From positions 62,001-126,000 of the forward strand of contig JBEUKZ010000138.1 in assembly GCA_048128005.1 (NCBI GenBank): DNA of 64,000 nt. The letters are read 5' to 3'. This DNA is from Veleropilina oligotropha (lineage: Eukaryota). Each line of letters begins with the position of its first letter. The stretch's first letter is position 1. Shown in pieces: positions 51,201 to 62,750 of this stretch. The notes beneath the pieces are model-generated. The model had not been told where the DNA came from. It saw only the letters and a program-made list of their open reading frames with translations, and ran no database searches. A program made the translations under genes and the position numbers.

Positions 51201-54200
51201 ATAAAGACCGCATTAAATGCTGAGGGAATGGATAGTTATTATCTACAGACCTCATAAAATGCTGAGGAGATGCATAGTTATTCGGCATTTTAGATTTTAA
51301 ATGTAAAATAATGCAATTTAAATAGTACATAAAATACTGAGAAATAATTTAGCTGCAGTGTAGTAAAATAAGACTTAGAACATCATGCATGCTATTGCAA
51401 ATTGGCAACAAAGGTGATTATATGAATTGATGAAATTAACAAATAACGCTATCGTCGCTTGTTGTCCCCACTGTTAAACACGACCATAATTAATTATGAA
51501 AACTCTTAACAAAGAACGCATGAAGCCAACGATAAGGGCCGATTTGACCTTGTGTTGAATGAACTCTGTACAACCAGCAGTGACAGTGGAACAAACAATA
51601 CTCTGTACAACAGCAGGGGCAGATAATCGGCATATTCACCGTCAACTGTCTGTTCCGATTAATTCAGAATTTTTGACCTTACGGCATAATGACTACAAAA
51701 TACCATGTGATTTACGTAATCATATGTTTACCTTTGAAGCAGTTTTGTTTCCCCTTGACGTTATTAATGACGGCCTCCAGAACTCGTGTGATGTTGTCCT
51801 TGCTGCATGGCGAGAACTGGTCGTTGTGATTACGTGTGCCCGGTGTGGCACTGGCAAACATGATGTAGTTCCCCTTATCTCCTCCGACCTCACTCGTCCC
51901 AAACGGTGAACAAAGTTGCCCGTCGTCATGCTGTGTGCAAACGGATACAATACGTTGGTTAACAAAATCGACAAGACTTACAACTTTTCATATATGCCAA
52001 GACAACAGGAAATAAATAAATATAATATGACTTCTACTATTCCCTGCCCCACTCATGTCCACTGTACACAAAAATAAACAGGCCACATCGGTTAGTTTAG
52101 GACATTGGGAGCAGAATAAGTCAACAGATTCATTATATTGACTGCATCCCAGGCCGCGAGCATAACATTAAAACAACACCATGTGATCGACTTTGGTGGA
52201 AATACACAGTCATTTAACAGTCATAATAAAATAACTACAATACTGGATGTCAAGACAGATCCACCTCTCAATAAATAGGAAAACTAGCAAATCTTCGACC
52301 CCGCAAGTCGAAGGGGTATATCCCCTCACCCAGCACCCAATCTTAAATCTGAAAACAATGAAACGGGTGAAAATCATTAGGCGTTGTGTCCTTACCATAC
52401 CAAACGTACATCAAATTTGAATCAAATCAGATAAGAACTGTTCACTGTCGAGTGCATACAAGGAATCGCTTCAAACAAAATGGCCGCCACGGCAGTTTAA
52501 TCCGAATATCGATAGGCGGCATGTCCTCGTCATAACTAACGTTCATACCAAATTTGAATGAAATCGGATCAGAAATTTTCACTATAAACAAATTATGTAG
52601 ATGTTAATAATTTTTCCTTTCATATGAATAAGCTTATTGTCCTTTAAAATATTTGATGACGTCATTCTATTGTTTTCGCGATACATTATTTTCTACGAAT
52701 CTACTGATATCAGTCGATTCGTATTTACGAATCTACTGATGATGTCAATAAATATGAAAATACAAATAAACTGAATTTGAGTTGAAGAGCCTACCATAAA
52801 GCTTCTAATAGACGCCCGGGCGTTAAATGATTTCAGGTAGCTCGTAGACCTGGCGCCTATTTGAGGCCGGCGTTTATTAATTTTGTTGACTATTTTTGTA
52901 CTTGTACTCAAAACTTCACCTTCACGTGGTGTCCAGGTCTACTTGTAAACATGTCGAAATCCTCAAATGCTGCTTTCAAAAGTCCGAATATATTCACTTG
53001 TTTTTGACATTCATGTAATAAATCGCCAGACAGCACGTGGGGTCATCCAGACAGACTAAGCACGTGAACACAGTATACTTTTATTTTGGGGCGTGCCCGT
53101 TGTATTGCATCAGGACATCTCTGACCCGGCATTTATTAGAGGCCTGGCGACTACTTATTTCAATACACTCATACCCACGGCGTCTATTAGAGGCCGGCGT
53201 GTATTAGAGACCCGGCTACTATTAGAAGCTTTACGGTAGGTTGCAATAAAGTGACCGTTTCCCTGAAAAACAAATTTTAATATCTAACCAGAAATATTAC
53301 ATCACAATAGTAAGCCCGCATTAAAGAATATGGTTATCCATTCATATTAATCGCAATTTTGGAATCGGTGAAACGTAAATTCTTATGCTCTTGGCCGGCT
53401 CGGAGAGCGAAATGTAAGCCAAAGAGATATAACAATGTGTCCAATAGTTTCTGCGGCGTATCATCCCCCAGAATTCCAAGACTTCACAACGTTTCTTCCT
53501 CTTCGTCCGTTATAATTTCTGCTTGCTTCCGCCGCACGTGATGGCCTTCTGCAGAAAGCTCTTTCATTTTTCTATCCAGTGTGTTTTTAAATGTTAAAAA
53601 TTCAATATCAATTAAAAACTTCATCTCGCGGCCATTGAGTGAAAGATATTGCTGAATAGATATTGACAGTTCGTATAAGGTTTCGGCAGGGTATTGATCA
53701 CCATTTTTCTTCTTAGCCTCGCATACGATCTGTGTTAGAGCGAAACATAGTTCATCTTTGGTCATTTCCAAAAGTTCCACTCGAATTGGACTAGTGGAGA
53801 GGTCACAGCTAGTCACCGCTTGTTCGTTACGCCATGCTTTCCATTCATTGAAGAGGTTATCCGCCCACATACATTTATGGGTAGTTGATTTCGAGAAGCT
53901 GGAAGTAAAATAAAATGAACATTAGATAGAGTATTGCAGTATTAACTTTCAAGCACAATGGTTATGCAGCATTAATGCTATCAGTCTAGACGAATCAGTG
54001 AGTGCTGACTTCCAAAAATAAGGAAAGCATGTAGCCAGGTCTTGGCTGCAATCTACTGCGTGGACGAGTCGATACGAGGCTGGTCTACAAAGTCTGGACC
54101 CATGGGTTCGATCACATGGCTGGTCTACGACCGATTTTCTCCATAAAACACTGTATCCATTGCACACAGTCAATTTATTTATGATTGACCACATTTTACG

Positions 54201-57200
54201 ATAAAATAGTTGGCGTGGTCATTAAAAACAGGAATGCATCCATCTATTGCTTCAATTACTACGATAGACATGCTCATTACTTGTGCTTACCTCTTTCTAC
54301 TCTTTTCCATCACATCTATGTAGGTCCATCACATCTATGTAGGTCCATCACATCTATGTTGGTCCATCACATCTATGTCGGTTAGCGCTTTGTCACCTAA
54401 GCGGCTGCTGTGTATTAATTCATGCTCAATTTGTACGCACGAGGACACCAATTCATCGTCAGAAATATCAGAATATACCTGCGTATCTAGAGTAGGTGAA
54501 TGTGAAAAAGTATTCTGTGTAAAAAAAATGTCATCAGAATCCATTTTCCTTGAATCAGTAAACCAACTGTCACGACGCGCTCTCAATACAGTGGATTCCA
54601 CTTAATTGCATAACGCTTAATTGCATATTTCGGATATTTGCATAAAATCTGCAGGAACAGAATAGATTACTATTATTATCATATGCAAATAATCGCTTAA
54701 TTGCATGCATAATTAACGGATTTTCGCTGACTTGCATAATTTTTTTCGACCGCATAATTGCCAAAACAATACATAATTGATAATAAAATCGCCAAATTGA
54801 TCAAAATACTTGCGTATTTGCCAGTATGTCTTGCCACGCCATCGTAAAGATGTTTATTCAACAGTAACATTCGAAGTTTGAGCCATTTCTGCAACCTCGT
54901 GGGTTCCAAAATAATTTTACTTCCGGAAAAAGTCGTAACTGAAAGTTCGGTAAACATCATTTCAGTGCAGAAATGTTACAGAAATGAGCGATGTCAGTCG
55001 GGGAAATTATCGATCGATAAAGGCCCAACGTTGTGTCGGCATCAAAAGGGATATTTGTGTTTTGCTAAATTAGTTCTATAAACGATCGCCTTTGTCTGAT
55101 TTTTGAAGTTGCGAACACCGTGACACGATAAACGGATTAAAAATCTATTGTCCCGAATCCAAATGACAGACTGTTGAGTTTATCTGAACGCAAAATCGAA
55201 GATTAGGCTAACGAATCAAAGTAAATGGTGTCGTTACATCTATTCACACGAACAGCACTTAGATCGCTGATAAATTACATAATTCTAAGACAACAACAAC
55301 ATTTGTAACAATTAACACGACTGATCCTACAAAATGAGAAGTATTATCTCCCCTGATTTAATTTTTGAGAATACGTAGCCTCGTCGTTGCTGCTTGCGAA
55401 CTATGGCGATTTAATTATTGTTTTAAATTTATATGAAGACAATAATGTTTTTTATATCAAATCATAATATACTGTAATAATTAAATCTCGCCAGAAATAA
55501 TTATTCAATAACTGTAAACAAAAATCGATTCGAGATTAAAACATAGACTAATTTTTCAACAAGGCAGCCAATAACGCGACACGTTCAGCAGAAGAGAAAC
55601 GTTCTGAAAATGAATTGCCACATCATAGTAATGTATGAAATGCGACGATACGCTTTCGAAACCTATATCAATTCTACTGAAACAGGCTAATCACCTTCAG
55701 GTCAGAATAACCACAAAATATTGTGTATACAATCTGTTTTATCGAAGGAAAAATACATTTACAAATAAATTTATTACCAGAACATATTTATAATAAAGAA
55801 CTATTTTAAATACAAGTAATTATCGTCAATGATTTCCGGCGAAAAATAATTTCAGAAATTTACCGATTTGGTTCAAACCGTTAATCTCATAATCCGGATA
55901 ATCGCATACATAATCGCGACAATCTCGCTATGCAAATAAGCGGAATCCACTGTACTCAAATGATATGCTTCAGTTACGAAATTGACAGTGGCTATATGAG
56001 ATTTCGAGAATCACGGGGAATTGCTGGCATCACCTTTATCCTTGACGATACGAATGCATTGTTATTGTATTCCAATTTTAGGCCGCCAGGATTAATTAGC
56101 ACTGTTATTGTTGAGAATTGTTCCATTGAAAATATTTTAAGTTGGAGAATGGACTCGCAAACAGTCGATTGGTTGATCTACGAATCGACTGTTGCTCGTC
56201 CATTCTCCTTAATATAACCTGCCCGTATTATTTGATAGGCAGGTCGAAATATTCTATCAACGGTCATCTTGAGAGGCGGGGCCCTTCGCAGAGGAAAATT
56301 CTGAAAATTGCCAATCACCACTTCTGCATTCTGAGCGTGCAAATATGATATTTCTTACCAATTTTATTAGCCATTTTCAAAGGTATACCAAAAAACCTAA
56401 AAATAGGAAATTCTATGAAAAATAGGAAAACATAGGAAGTATCTAAAAATATGAATGAACAGGACCTTGACGTCCTGCTATGATTTGTCCCATTTGGTAA
56501 TATCAATAGGAAAAACTCACAGGGGAGCCAAAGTTGTGGCCAACTTCATGCGCAAACGTGAGCTGTGACACTTTTGGCGGCACCCTCTTGGCATAGTTGA
56601 TGAGTGTGATGACTCCAGTGTTGAGACTCTTGGACACCTGGGTACCTCTCTCCGTGTATTCTTTGTACGGCTCGCAGATGCCACCAGCAGCTGAAGCATA
56701 GAGCCACGAAGTGTGATATATAACTTTCATTTATGGCAGGCTGAACTGGATCCATTCAAATTTGTAAAATAGGCTAAAAGTGCTTTCTTAATCTGACAGA
56801 CAGAGAAACGTCAAAATACATCATACCATAGCAACAGTGAACACACTTACAGGGCAACCTTCATTAGACACAAATAAACAAATGGCCTTTTTAAATTTAA
56901 TTTTGCAAAATATGGGTTAATTTTGTTCAAAGGTTGTCCTAAGACACATGACAATCATAGGAACATAAATTTGCAATAAAATTGTTTTTTAAGATCAAAG
57001 AGCATTTACTGGAGAAAATGTTAAATCTTGCCAAACCAATTCTACTAGAGTTATCTCCCGTTGACATAGTTATATTTAGCCTGTAGAGTGATGGAGATCG
57101 AGAGAGATTGCAGTTTGGAAACAAGATCGACTTACTCGTGGCTGACCCGACCCAGGCTAGTCCGAGGGTTCCTTTAATGAAGTCTCTGTATGTGAATACG

Positions 57201-60200
57201 TAAGCAAGACAAAACTCAGAATGGTCTTCTTTTGAGTTCAGCGTCAGAAAGTTGGTGACATCGATATTGCGATTGCAATACTCTTTTGGATTGGCTGTAC
57301 GGCAGCCTTCAGACACATCTGTCATCACCTTAATAAAAACAGCAAAAGATATCAGTTAAATGGTCAGAAAAGACAGTAATATAACTTAAAGGTAGTAGAG
57401 CATAATGCTTATGGAGTCTCATTTGAATAGTTTTCTTTGCAACAAAATTTAGTACAAAACCAGAAATGTTTCCATGGGAGCTATGTACAAACAACTACTG
57501 GTTTTCAAGATGAAGGACAGACGCAGCGAATGGAAATGACCTTGACCTTGGGCAGATGAAAGTTATAGCAGAATGGGGCAAATACCAGTCCGAAGAGCTA
57601 AGTCGTTTGACCCTGACCTTGAACAAAGGGGGCGACATGGGTGGGTTGCAGAAGAGAAGTATTAACAATGACAAGGAAGTGTTTGAAGTATCAAGTCAAT
57701 CCATCAAGGCAGATGGAGTTAGTCGCACGCAAATACAGGTATTCGAGACGGTACGGTTCGAACGGACAAGGGCAAATCTAAATTCCCCCCAATAAATTGG
57801 TGGCAGCATAAAAAAATGCTCTACTTTATGTAGATACAATTTCCATAACAATTAGACATTACCTTTGTTCTTTGAACAGTAAATCTGACCCCAGAGTAAG
57901 AGGTTGGGCCATCATAGGTTTCAAAGTTGGTGTTAACATAAATCCTTTTGATTTCGGTTACATGGCTTGAAAACAGGGCCAATATTTCATCCTTACTTCT
58001 GTAGGCATCCTGAAATATATCCATGTGAGAAATAACAAACAGAAGATACATATTTTACAGGTTAATTTCTAACATTTAAATTTCATAATATATACTTTGA
58101 ATGCTTGTTAATAATTGAAAACATATTGCTCACTTTTCAACAGACAAGGGACAAACTGCATGAATCAGAACTATCTGTCACTAAATATTAAATTGTTATA
58201 TTGACAGTGATTATCATTTGCATAGAAGATATCTTATAAATAATGTCCTCAAAATTAATGAACATTAAAATTTGCCAATGCATTTAACCCTTTGAGCGCT
58301 GAATACATTATACATTGCTTACACAAGGTTCGTACAAAAATAGCCGCATGAAATTCAAGTACTTTTCAAGGACTATTCAAGGACTTCGCAAAAACTTTCA
58401 CGGACTATTTTTTGCAAATCAATACATAATGTATGTGATAGAATGATGCAACTTGCAGCAGTAATAATGCTAAGTATGAATAAAAGCCTCAATATTCAAC
58501 TTCGTGTTAAAAATGAATATAATACATATAAATAACTTTTATGTGCACTTTCCCCATTTTATTTTTAGCAATGTCGATCATTTTGTTGCACAACGCACAC
58601 ATGGCTTTATGTTTGTCCGTTTTATTTCTCGTAGCCACAATGCAAATTCCACCTGCGAAAGCCGCTTTTTATCAAAAATGCACTTTCCTGCCATATCCGC
58701 CATATATTGTTGATTATAATTACATTATGTACACGTTATAGGCAAAATTTCCTTCATATTTCTCAAATAAAATCGAATAAACAGATTCTCGGTCAAGGGA
58801 GACAACTTTTCTAGTCTACAATGTCCAACTGTTTCCGTCATTATCTGATAGTGCCGAGACTCCACGGAAATCAACGAAACGAGTCAATGTTAAACTTGAC
58901 ATTACCAAAAATCGAAGATTTCCGAATCTCTTCATTCTGTCAGAATCCAAATTTGTACAAATAAATGGTGACCGACTTCACCGCGAACGAAACCAGATGC
59001 AAGTACAGAAAATTGACATTGGCCCGGCAAATATTATGAAGGGATGCATAGGCGAACGACCGAAGGCCGTGAGCATTGAGGGCCTGAACCTGCTAGGGGG
59101 TCCGGGGAAATGCCCCCACCCCCGGAATTTTTTTAACTGTAGAAGGTCTTAGATGCATATTCCTGCATTCTGGGCTATGTATTGACCATTTTATTTGCCC
59201 TCAAAATTTAAGAGTTTTGGTAGACATATATTCAATCTAAGAAATCACATTTTCGGCGAAATTATTGGTCCACAGCCGCCGGGCCTGCCGGACATGTTCC
59301 TACGCCCCTGAAGTACCACAAAGTTAATAAATATAACTAAGATATAGGAACGCCAGATTATTAAAATAATTACCACGTTGATATTCGAGGACTATTCAAG
59401 ATTGTTTAGTCATATTGAAGGGCTTTTCAAGTTATTTTCAAATTCTAGCACTTTTCATTATAGACGGTCAAATTCAAGTACTTTTCAAGGTTGTGCGAAC
59501 CTTGTTACACTGTCGTCGCACTCGGCGACAGCCGCACTCAGACGGTTAATGCTACCTACTATATATTGTCCAAGCAGCACCACTAAAGCAACATACAAAT
59601 AATAGAAATGGGTTCCTTGTCAACTTCAATTATTACTATAATTGTTTGTTTGTGAATTTTAGGAATCCTGATGTTCATTTGCTTGATCTTTACTGACATT
59701 GAAAAACAAAAACAAAATATTGCAGTCCAAATTTTAGAGATACGCACAAGGACTGGATCGATGTTTATTGTTCTGTATTTTTATGTCTTGACCTTTTTGC
59801 AAAAAAGGACAAGACATTATAAAATGGTCCGTGTGTATATACATATATACTTATATATATATATATATATATCCGTCGATTTATTTGAAAACTACGTGCT
59901 CAATTTTCACCAAAATTGGTACACACATTCCCAAGAGTATTAAATTTGTAGGTCGTGTATATAACTTTCGTGACACAATTTTGCAAAAATATGCATTTAT
60001 TGAGCACTTTTATGCATATTTGTATATAGCAGATGTCTAATATTGCAAGCAAACAGCAATGACGTCATTACGACGTCCCTTTAGATTAATCGTCATTTGG
60101 TGACGTCACAATCGACAGGGTAGTAAATTAAGCCACGAAATACTTGCACTTAGCCATTGCATTAACTGTTATGAAAATTTGAGGGAAATAAAGAAAGGTC

Positions 60201-60672
60201 AAGACATATTCCGAACGCGTCGTTCTTGTTACAACCTTTAGGACCAAAGGAGAACATGTCCATATTATCGCAGGAGGAAAGACTGGTCGCCTGGAGAAAG
60301 CCACCATCTCCAGTCAGTTACGGACAACTGACAACTATGATTGATAACTGAACAAAGAATGCCATTGCCATCACCGAGATTCGAATGCACCTCTGTTAGT
60401 AAGAGCAGTCAAGCCATGAAGTGATTTAAGAGTCGACACCTTAAACCACACGGCTATCAGAGCGGCCTATCACACAAAGGTATTCCACTTACATAATTCA
60501 GTTCAACATTGAAGTAATCCCAGAGCAGTGGATCAGATCGGATATACAACGTGCATGTATTTTGGGTTCCAATATAAGACCGCTTCGATCTCCTCCCCGG
60601 TGTGCCGCCTAAATTGGCCTCTTGACTGTAAATGTTGTGCAAAGACTCGTGCTCCGAGTGAACGTCTGCAGA
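33066..60672 (-). CDS. ADAM10: ADAM10/Kuzbanian-like metalloprotease, 5'-partial; exons (high to low) 60493-60672, 57863-58009, 57136-57328, 56521-56690, 51732-51930, 45721-45877, 43295-43399, 41648-41732, 39515-39629, 37724-37849, 36116-36255, 35174-35368, 33066-33203
   Basis: Furin site [41 protein letters not shown] zinc motif, Met-turn GNYIMF, disintegrin CGN..V...[53 protein letters not shown]; all phases consistent. Signal peptide and most of the prodomain not found in window. Confidence 0.94.
33413..35097. mobile_element. Non-autonomous hAT-like DNA transposon with 5-bp TSD
   Basis: TIRs cagtgctcaattttaagg / ccttaaaattgaggtctg; ATAAT on both flanks; subterminal ttgccc repeats. Confidence 0.7.
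35174..35368 (-). CDS. ADAM10: ADAM10 transmembrane/cytoplasmic exon
   Basis: [33 protein letters not shown]. Confidence 0.92.
36116..36255 (-). CDS. ADAM10: ADAM10 Cys-rich/stalk exon
   Basis: [47 protein letters not shown]. Confidence 0.94.
36301..36419. repeat. 20-bp minisatellite x6 (aatgacaatctctactcatt)
   Basis: Direct reading of tandem units. Confidence 0.95.
37345..37604 (-). mobile_element. Older-subfamily SINE
   Basis: gatgcttaatgtcctgtatattt...ctcgaacccactactg...gagcggcc. Confidence 0.8.
37724..37849 (-). CDS. ADAM10: ADAM10 Cys-rich exon ([12 protein letters not shown]...IQLPAG)
   Basis: cag/gtggg boundaries, phase-compatible. Confidence 0.82.
38100..38872 (-). mobile_element. 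Two adjacent HINE-like remnants
   Basis: Both end gatgactaaaccatactatct..gactattgt.cggggatacaatta (~38438 and ~38872); aaaatggcc motifs. Confidence 0.55.
39515..39629 (-). CDS. ADAM10: ADAM10 exon (ECTRTICKK...LCYVSC)
   Basis: Cys pattern; tag/gtaagt. Confidence 0.88.
39768..40022 (+). mobile_element. Older-subfamily SINE
   Basis: Collinear with 3159-3425; tttcatattgtcttcg repeated on both flanks as probable TSD. Confidence 0.82.
41525..41629. repeat. Imperfect palindrome with CTCG/CTCG internal loops
   Basis: taactctctattcctgaaaaagaatg / cattctttttcaggaatggagagtta. Confidence 0.85.
41648..41732 (-). CDS. ADAM10: ADAM10 disintegrin exon after U12 intron ([28 protein letters not shown])
   Basis: AC acceptor with TTCCTTGAC branch site; gtaag donor. 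Confidence 0.9.
41812..42360. repeat. 39-bp minisatellite, about 14 copies
   Basis: Unit aattatttctatgtcttaagccgagagcactcatctacc. Confidence 0.95.
42340..42662. mobile_element. Small TIR element (MITE) whose left end forms part of the 39-bp repeat unit
   Basis: gca(c/t)tcatctaccaattttt vs aaaagtcggtagatgagcac; a similar end occurs at ~31800-31821. Confidence 0.6.
43295..43399 (-). CDS. ADAM10: ADAM10 disintegrin exon ([14 protein letters not shown]...TECSQQSNC)
   Basis: CSPSQG.CC signature. Confidence 0.9.
44005..45687 (-). mobile_element. HINE-like element with internal tandem units
   Basis: aactaga..gtatcccc start, repeated caagatggcgg..gccatcttgg units, cggacg microsatellite, terminal hairpin gtatccc..gggatacaatta. 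Confidence 0.7.
45721..45877 (-). CDS. ADAM10: ADAM10 disintegrin exon ([16 protein letters not shown]...CKLK...C)
   Basis: CGN..V...EECDCG. Confidence 0.93.
46560..46830 (-). mobile_element. LINE 3'-end fragment
   Basis: [27 protein letters not shown], typical LINE ORF2 C-terminus. Confidence 0.65.
47481..48285 (-). mobile_element. HINE-like element with ~180-bp internal repeats
   Basis: aactagaaatgtgtc..gacac..atgccc start; three ttcgaactcatgatagttca units; (GGAC)n; atgccc..ggcataataa end. Confidence 0.7.
48883..50060 (-). mobile_element. HINE-like element
   Basis: aacaagac..accttcgcc start; (CAGA)n and cccac..gtgggcgaatgtaat end. Confidence 0.55.
50688..51204 (-). mobile_element. HINE-like element with internal repeats
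   Basis: aacaagagcccgtt..aacgg start; (CGTA)n; atgcccc..ggggcataataa end. Confidence 0.65.
51732..51930 (-). CDS. ADAM10: ADAM10 catalytic exon (HD...[12 protein letters not shown]...FSPCS...NCF)
   Basis: Third zinc His and Met-turn. Confidence 0.93.
52794..53236. mobile_element. MITE, Tc1/mariner-pogo-like, TA TSD
   Basis: TA-ccataaagcttctaatag ... ctattagaagctttacgg-TA. Confidence 0.8.
53330..54544 (-). pseudogene. Crypton-type tyrosine recombinase (DUF3504, ZMYM/QRICH1/KCTD1-related) relic, two exons 54544-54291 and 53898-~53330
   Basis: [23 protein letters not shown]...[50 protein letters not shown]; nonsense codon at 53484-53486; truncated. Confidence 0.8.
54307..54378. repeat. 19-bp tandem repeat x4 (ccatcacatctatgtaggt)
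   Basis: Units start at 54307, 54326, 54345, 54364. Confidence 0.9.
54589..55952. mobile_element. Non-autonomous pogo/Tigger-like DNA transposon, TA TSD
   Basis: TA-cagtggattccacttaattgcata ... tatgcaaataagcggaatccactg-TA. Confidence 0.82.
56521..56690 (-). CDS. ADAM10: ADAM10 catalytic exon (GGICE...[34 protein letters not shown])
   Basis: HExxH zinc motif. Confidence 0.96.
57136..57328 (-). CDS. ADAM10: ADAM10 catalytic exon ([34 protein letters not shown])
   Basis: ORF 56939..57328. Confidence 0.95.
57863..58009 (-). CDS. ADAM10: ADAM10 exon ([17 protein letters not shown]...VRFTVQRTK)
   Basis: cag/gtaatg boundaries, phase 0/0. Confidence 0.88.
58288..59545. mobile_element. Tiny piggyBac-like MITE (TTAA flanks) carrying a nested hAT-like element at 58324-59504 with 5-bp TSD TTACA
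   Basis: TTAA-ccctttgagcgc ... gcactcagacgg-TTAA; inner TIRs caaggttcgtacaa / ttgtgcgaaccttg. Confidence 0.7.
59778..60230 (+). mobile_element. HINE-like element, same family as 1-295
   Basis: 5' hairpin atgtcttgaccttttt-gc-aaaaaaggacaagacat, (TA)n, 3' subterminal aaaggtcaagacat and short hairpin. Confidence 0.75.
60231..60467 (-). mobile_element. Older-subfamily SINE
   Basis: acatgtccatattatcgc..cagttacggacaactg..gagattcgaa..gagcggcc. Confidence 0.72.
60493..60672 (-). CDS. ADAM10: ADAM10 prodomain/catalytic junction exon with furin site RSKR and NTCTLYI.SD
   Basis: ORF 60457..60705; gtaagt donor. Confidence 0.88.
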
Positions 60673-61157
60673 CTGAAACAGAATATTTGGTAAAAATAAC
60701 ACCACAAACTAACAAAATCCTCAAGCCTAAAACTAGGGAAGCCATCTCGAACAGCGAAAATGATAAAAATCATTCAGGTTGATGGCAGATCCTAACTAAT
60801 ATATATATATATGTATATCAAATTTTAAGTAAATTGAATGTGAATTGTAAAACGCACATAAGAAATCTCTGCATACCTGGCAGTAAATTGAGTTAAAAGA
60901 ATAATATCCTCAAATATTAGCAGGTGATGCAATAAAAGGAGACTCTTCTACAATTACAAATCAAGGTTCAACGTGAATCTTTTATTTGGGAATTATGCAA
61001 TTATTCATCAAGTTTAGAACCAAATATGCTAATACAAATTGTAGTGCTTGCATCGCAAGATGATTTCAGATGGGCCGTAACTAGAATCATTGCTTTTTAT
61101 ACCAACTTGGATTGCTGATGATAGTAGTGTCTTATTTGAAAGTTTCTTATGAAATAA

Positions 61158-62204
61158 AACAAGAGCTGTCAGAAGGACAGCATGCTCGACTATCAAAAGC
61201 TGGATCGATGAATGGAAATAATTTGGTAAAAATGAAGCTAGAGTTATGGCCCTTGTATTGCAAGTTCGCATAATGATGTGACAAGCGTATGAAGTTTCAA
61301 GGCTGTAGTGTGAGCACTTTGTGAGAAAAGGCCCTTCATGCAAAATGTTAACCTGAAGTTGACTTTGTGAGAAAAGGCCCTTCATGCAAAACATTAACCT
61401 GAATTGTCTAAGTCGAAAAAGGGGAATAATTTGGTAAAATGCAAAACATTAACCCGACTTGTCTAAGTCGAAAAAGGGGAATAATTTGGTAAAATAACGA
61501 AGCCAGATTTATTACGCCTGTAATGTAAGGTCGCATAATGACGTTGAACAAGTGTATGAAGTTTGAAAGGTGTAGTGTGAAAAATTTGTGATAAAAGACC
61601 CTTCATGCAAAACATTAACCTGAATTGTCTAAGTCGAAAAAGGGGAATAATTTGGTAAAATAACGAAGCCAGATTTATTACGCCTGTAATGTAAGGTCGC
61701 ATAATGACGTTGAACAAGTGTATGAAGTTTGAAAGGTGTAGTGTGAAAAAATTGTGAGAAAAGACCCTTCATGCAAAACATTAACCTGACTTGTCTAAGT
61801 CGAAAAAGGGGAATAATTTGGTAAAATAACGAAGCCAGATTTATTACGCCTGTAATGTAAGGTCGCATAATGACGTTGAACAAGTGTATGAAGTTTGAAA
61901 GGTGTAGTGTGAAAAATGTGTGAGAAAAGACCCTTCATGCAAAACATTAACCTGAATTGTCTAAGTCGAAAAAGGGGAATAATTTGGTAAAACAACGAAG
62001 CCAGAGTTATTACGCCTAATATGTAAGGTCGCATAATCACATTGAACAAGTGTATGAAGTTTGAAAGTTGTAGTTTGAAAAATTTGTGAGAAAAGACCCT
62101 TCATGCAAAATGTTAACCTGAAGTTTGATGCCAACGCCAACGCCGACGCCGACGACAGGGTGACTGCAATAGCTCGTACTATTTTAGAATAGTCGAGCTA
62201 ATAA
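61158..62204 (-). mobile_element. HINE-like element with 166-bp tandem repeats
   Basis: aacaagagctgtc..gacagc..gctcgactat start; ORF copies spaced exactly 166 bp (61463, 61629, 61795); cgccaa/cgccga microsatellite; atagtcgagctaataa end. Confidence 0.8.
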
Positions 62205-62225
62205 ATGAAATGGTGTAAAAACGCC

Positions 62226-62345
62226 CAGTGTTCGACATAACCGGTCGCCCGCTCGCCAGTGGCGAGTAAATGTCCATTTGGGTGACTACAGCCAGAAAAA
62301 ACAACGATAGTTACTGGCCCGAATAATTCCATTTGGGCGAATGGA
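62226..62345. mobile_element. End of a hAT-like element; homologous end at 34750-34856 in reverse
   Basis: cagtgttcgacata..tcgccagtggcga..cgatagttactggccc shared between the two sites. Confidence 0.55.
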
Positions 62346-62750
62346 ATCTTCGGGAGTCAAAAGTTGCGCCTTATGAAGTAAACGATACGATAAATCAATA
62401 AACGGACTTATAAAATCGTGTTTCGTTTCATTTACAATACTTTTATACAGCTAATATCGTTTGCGGCGTCGCGACAATCTTCAAATGTTATCCGACATTT
62501 TGGACATCGACTTTATCGTGTTCTCGCAGCGAGTGTATCAAATACCCATTGACAATTTCCGTACATTACCGAGAAGTGGTTTTCGGAGTCTGTCGATGTT
62601 TTCTCGTACTCTTTATCGCCCTTCTACTTAGCGTCGGTCGTTTTCGCTATATTCCGGTTTTGAAACAAAGAGTCTTTTGCGACTTTCACTGCTTTAGTAA
62701 TATTTACGATAAAATAAACATTTAAACGTAACAAAAATAGCAGTTTTAGT

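Noticed and set aside
61463..62049. Three near-identical 84-aa ORFs
   Set aside because: Produced by the 166-bp tandem repeat
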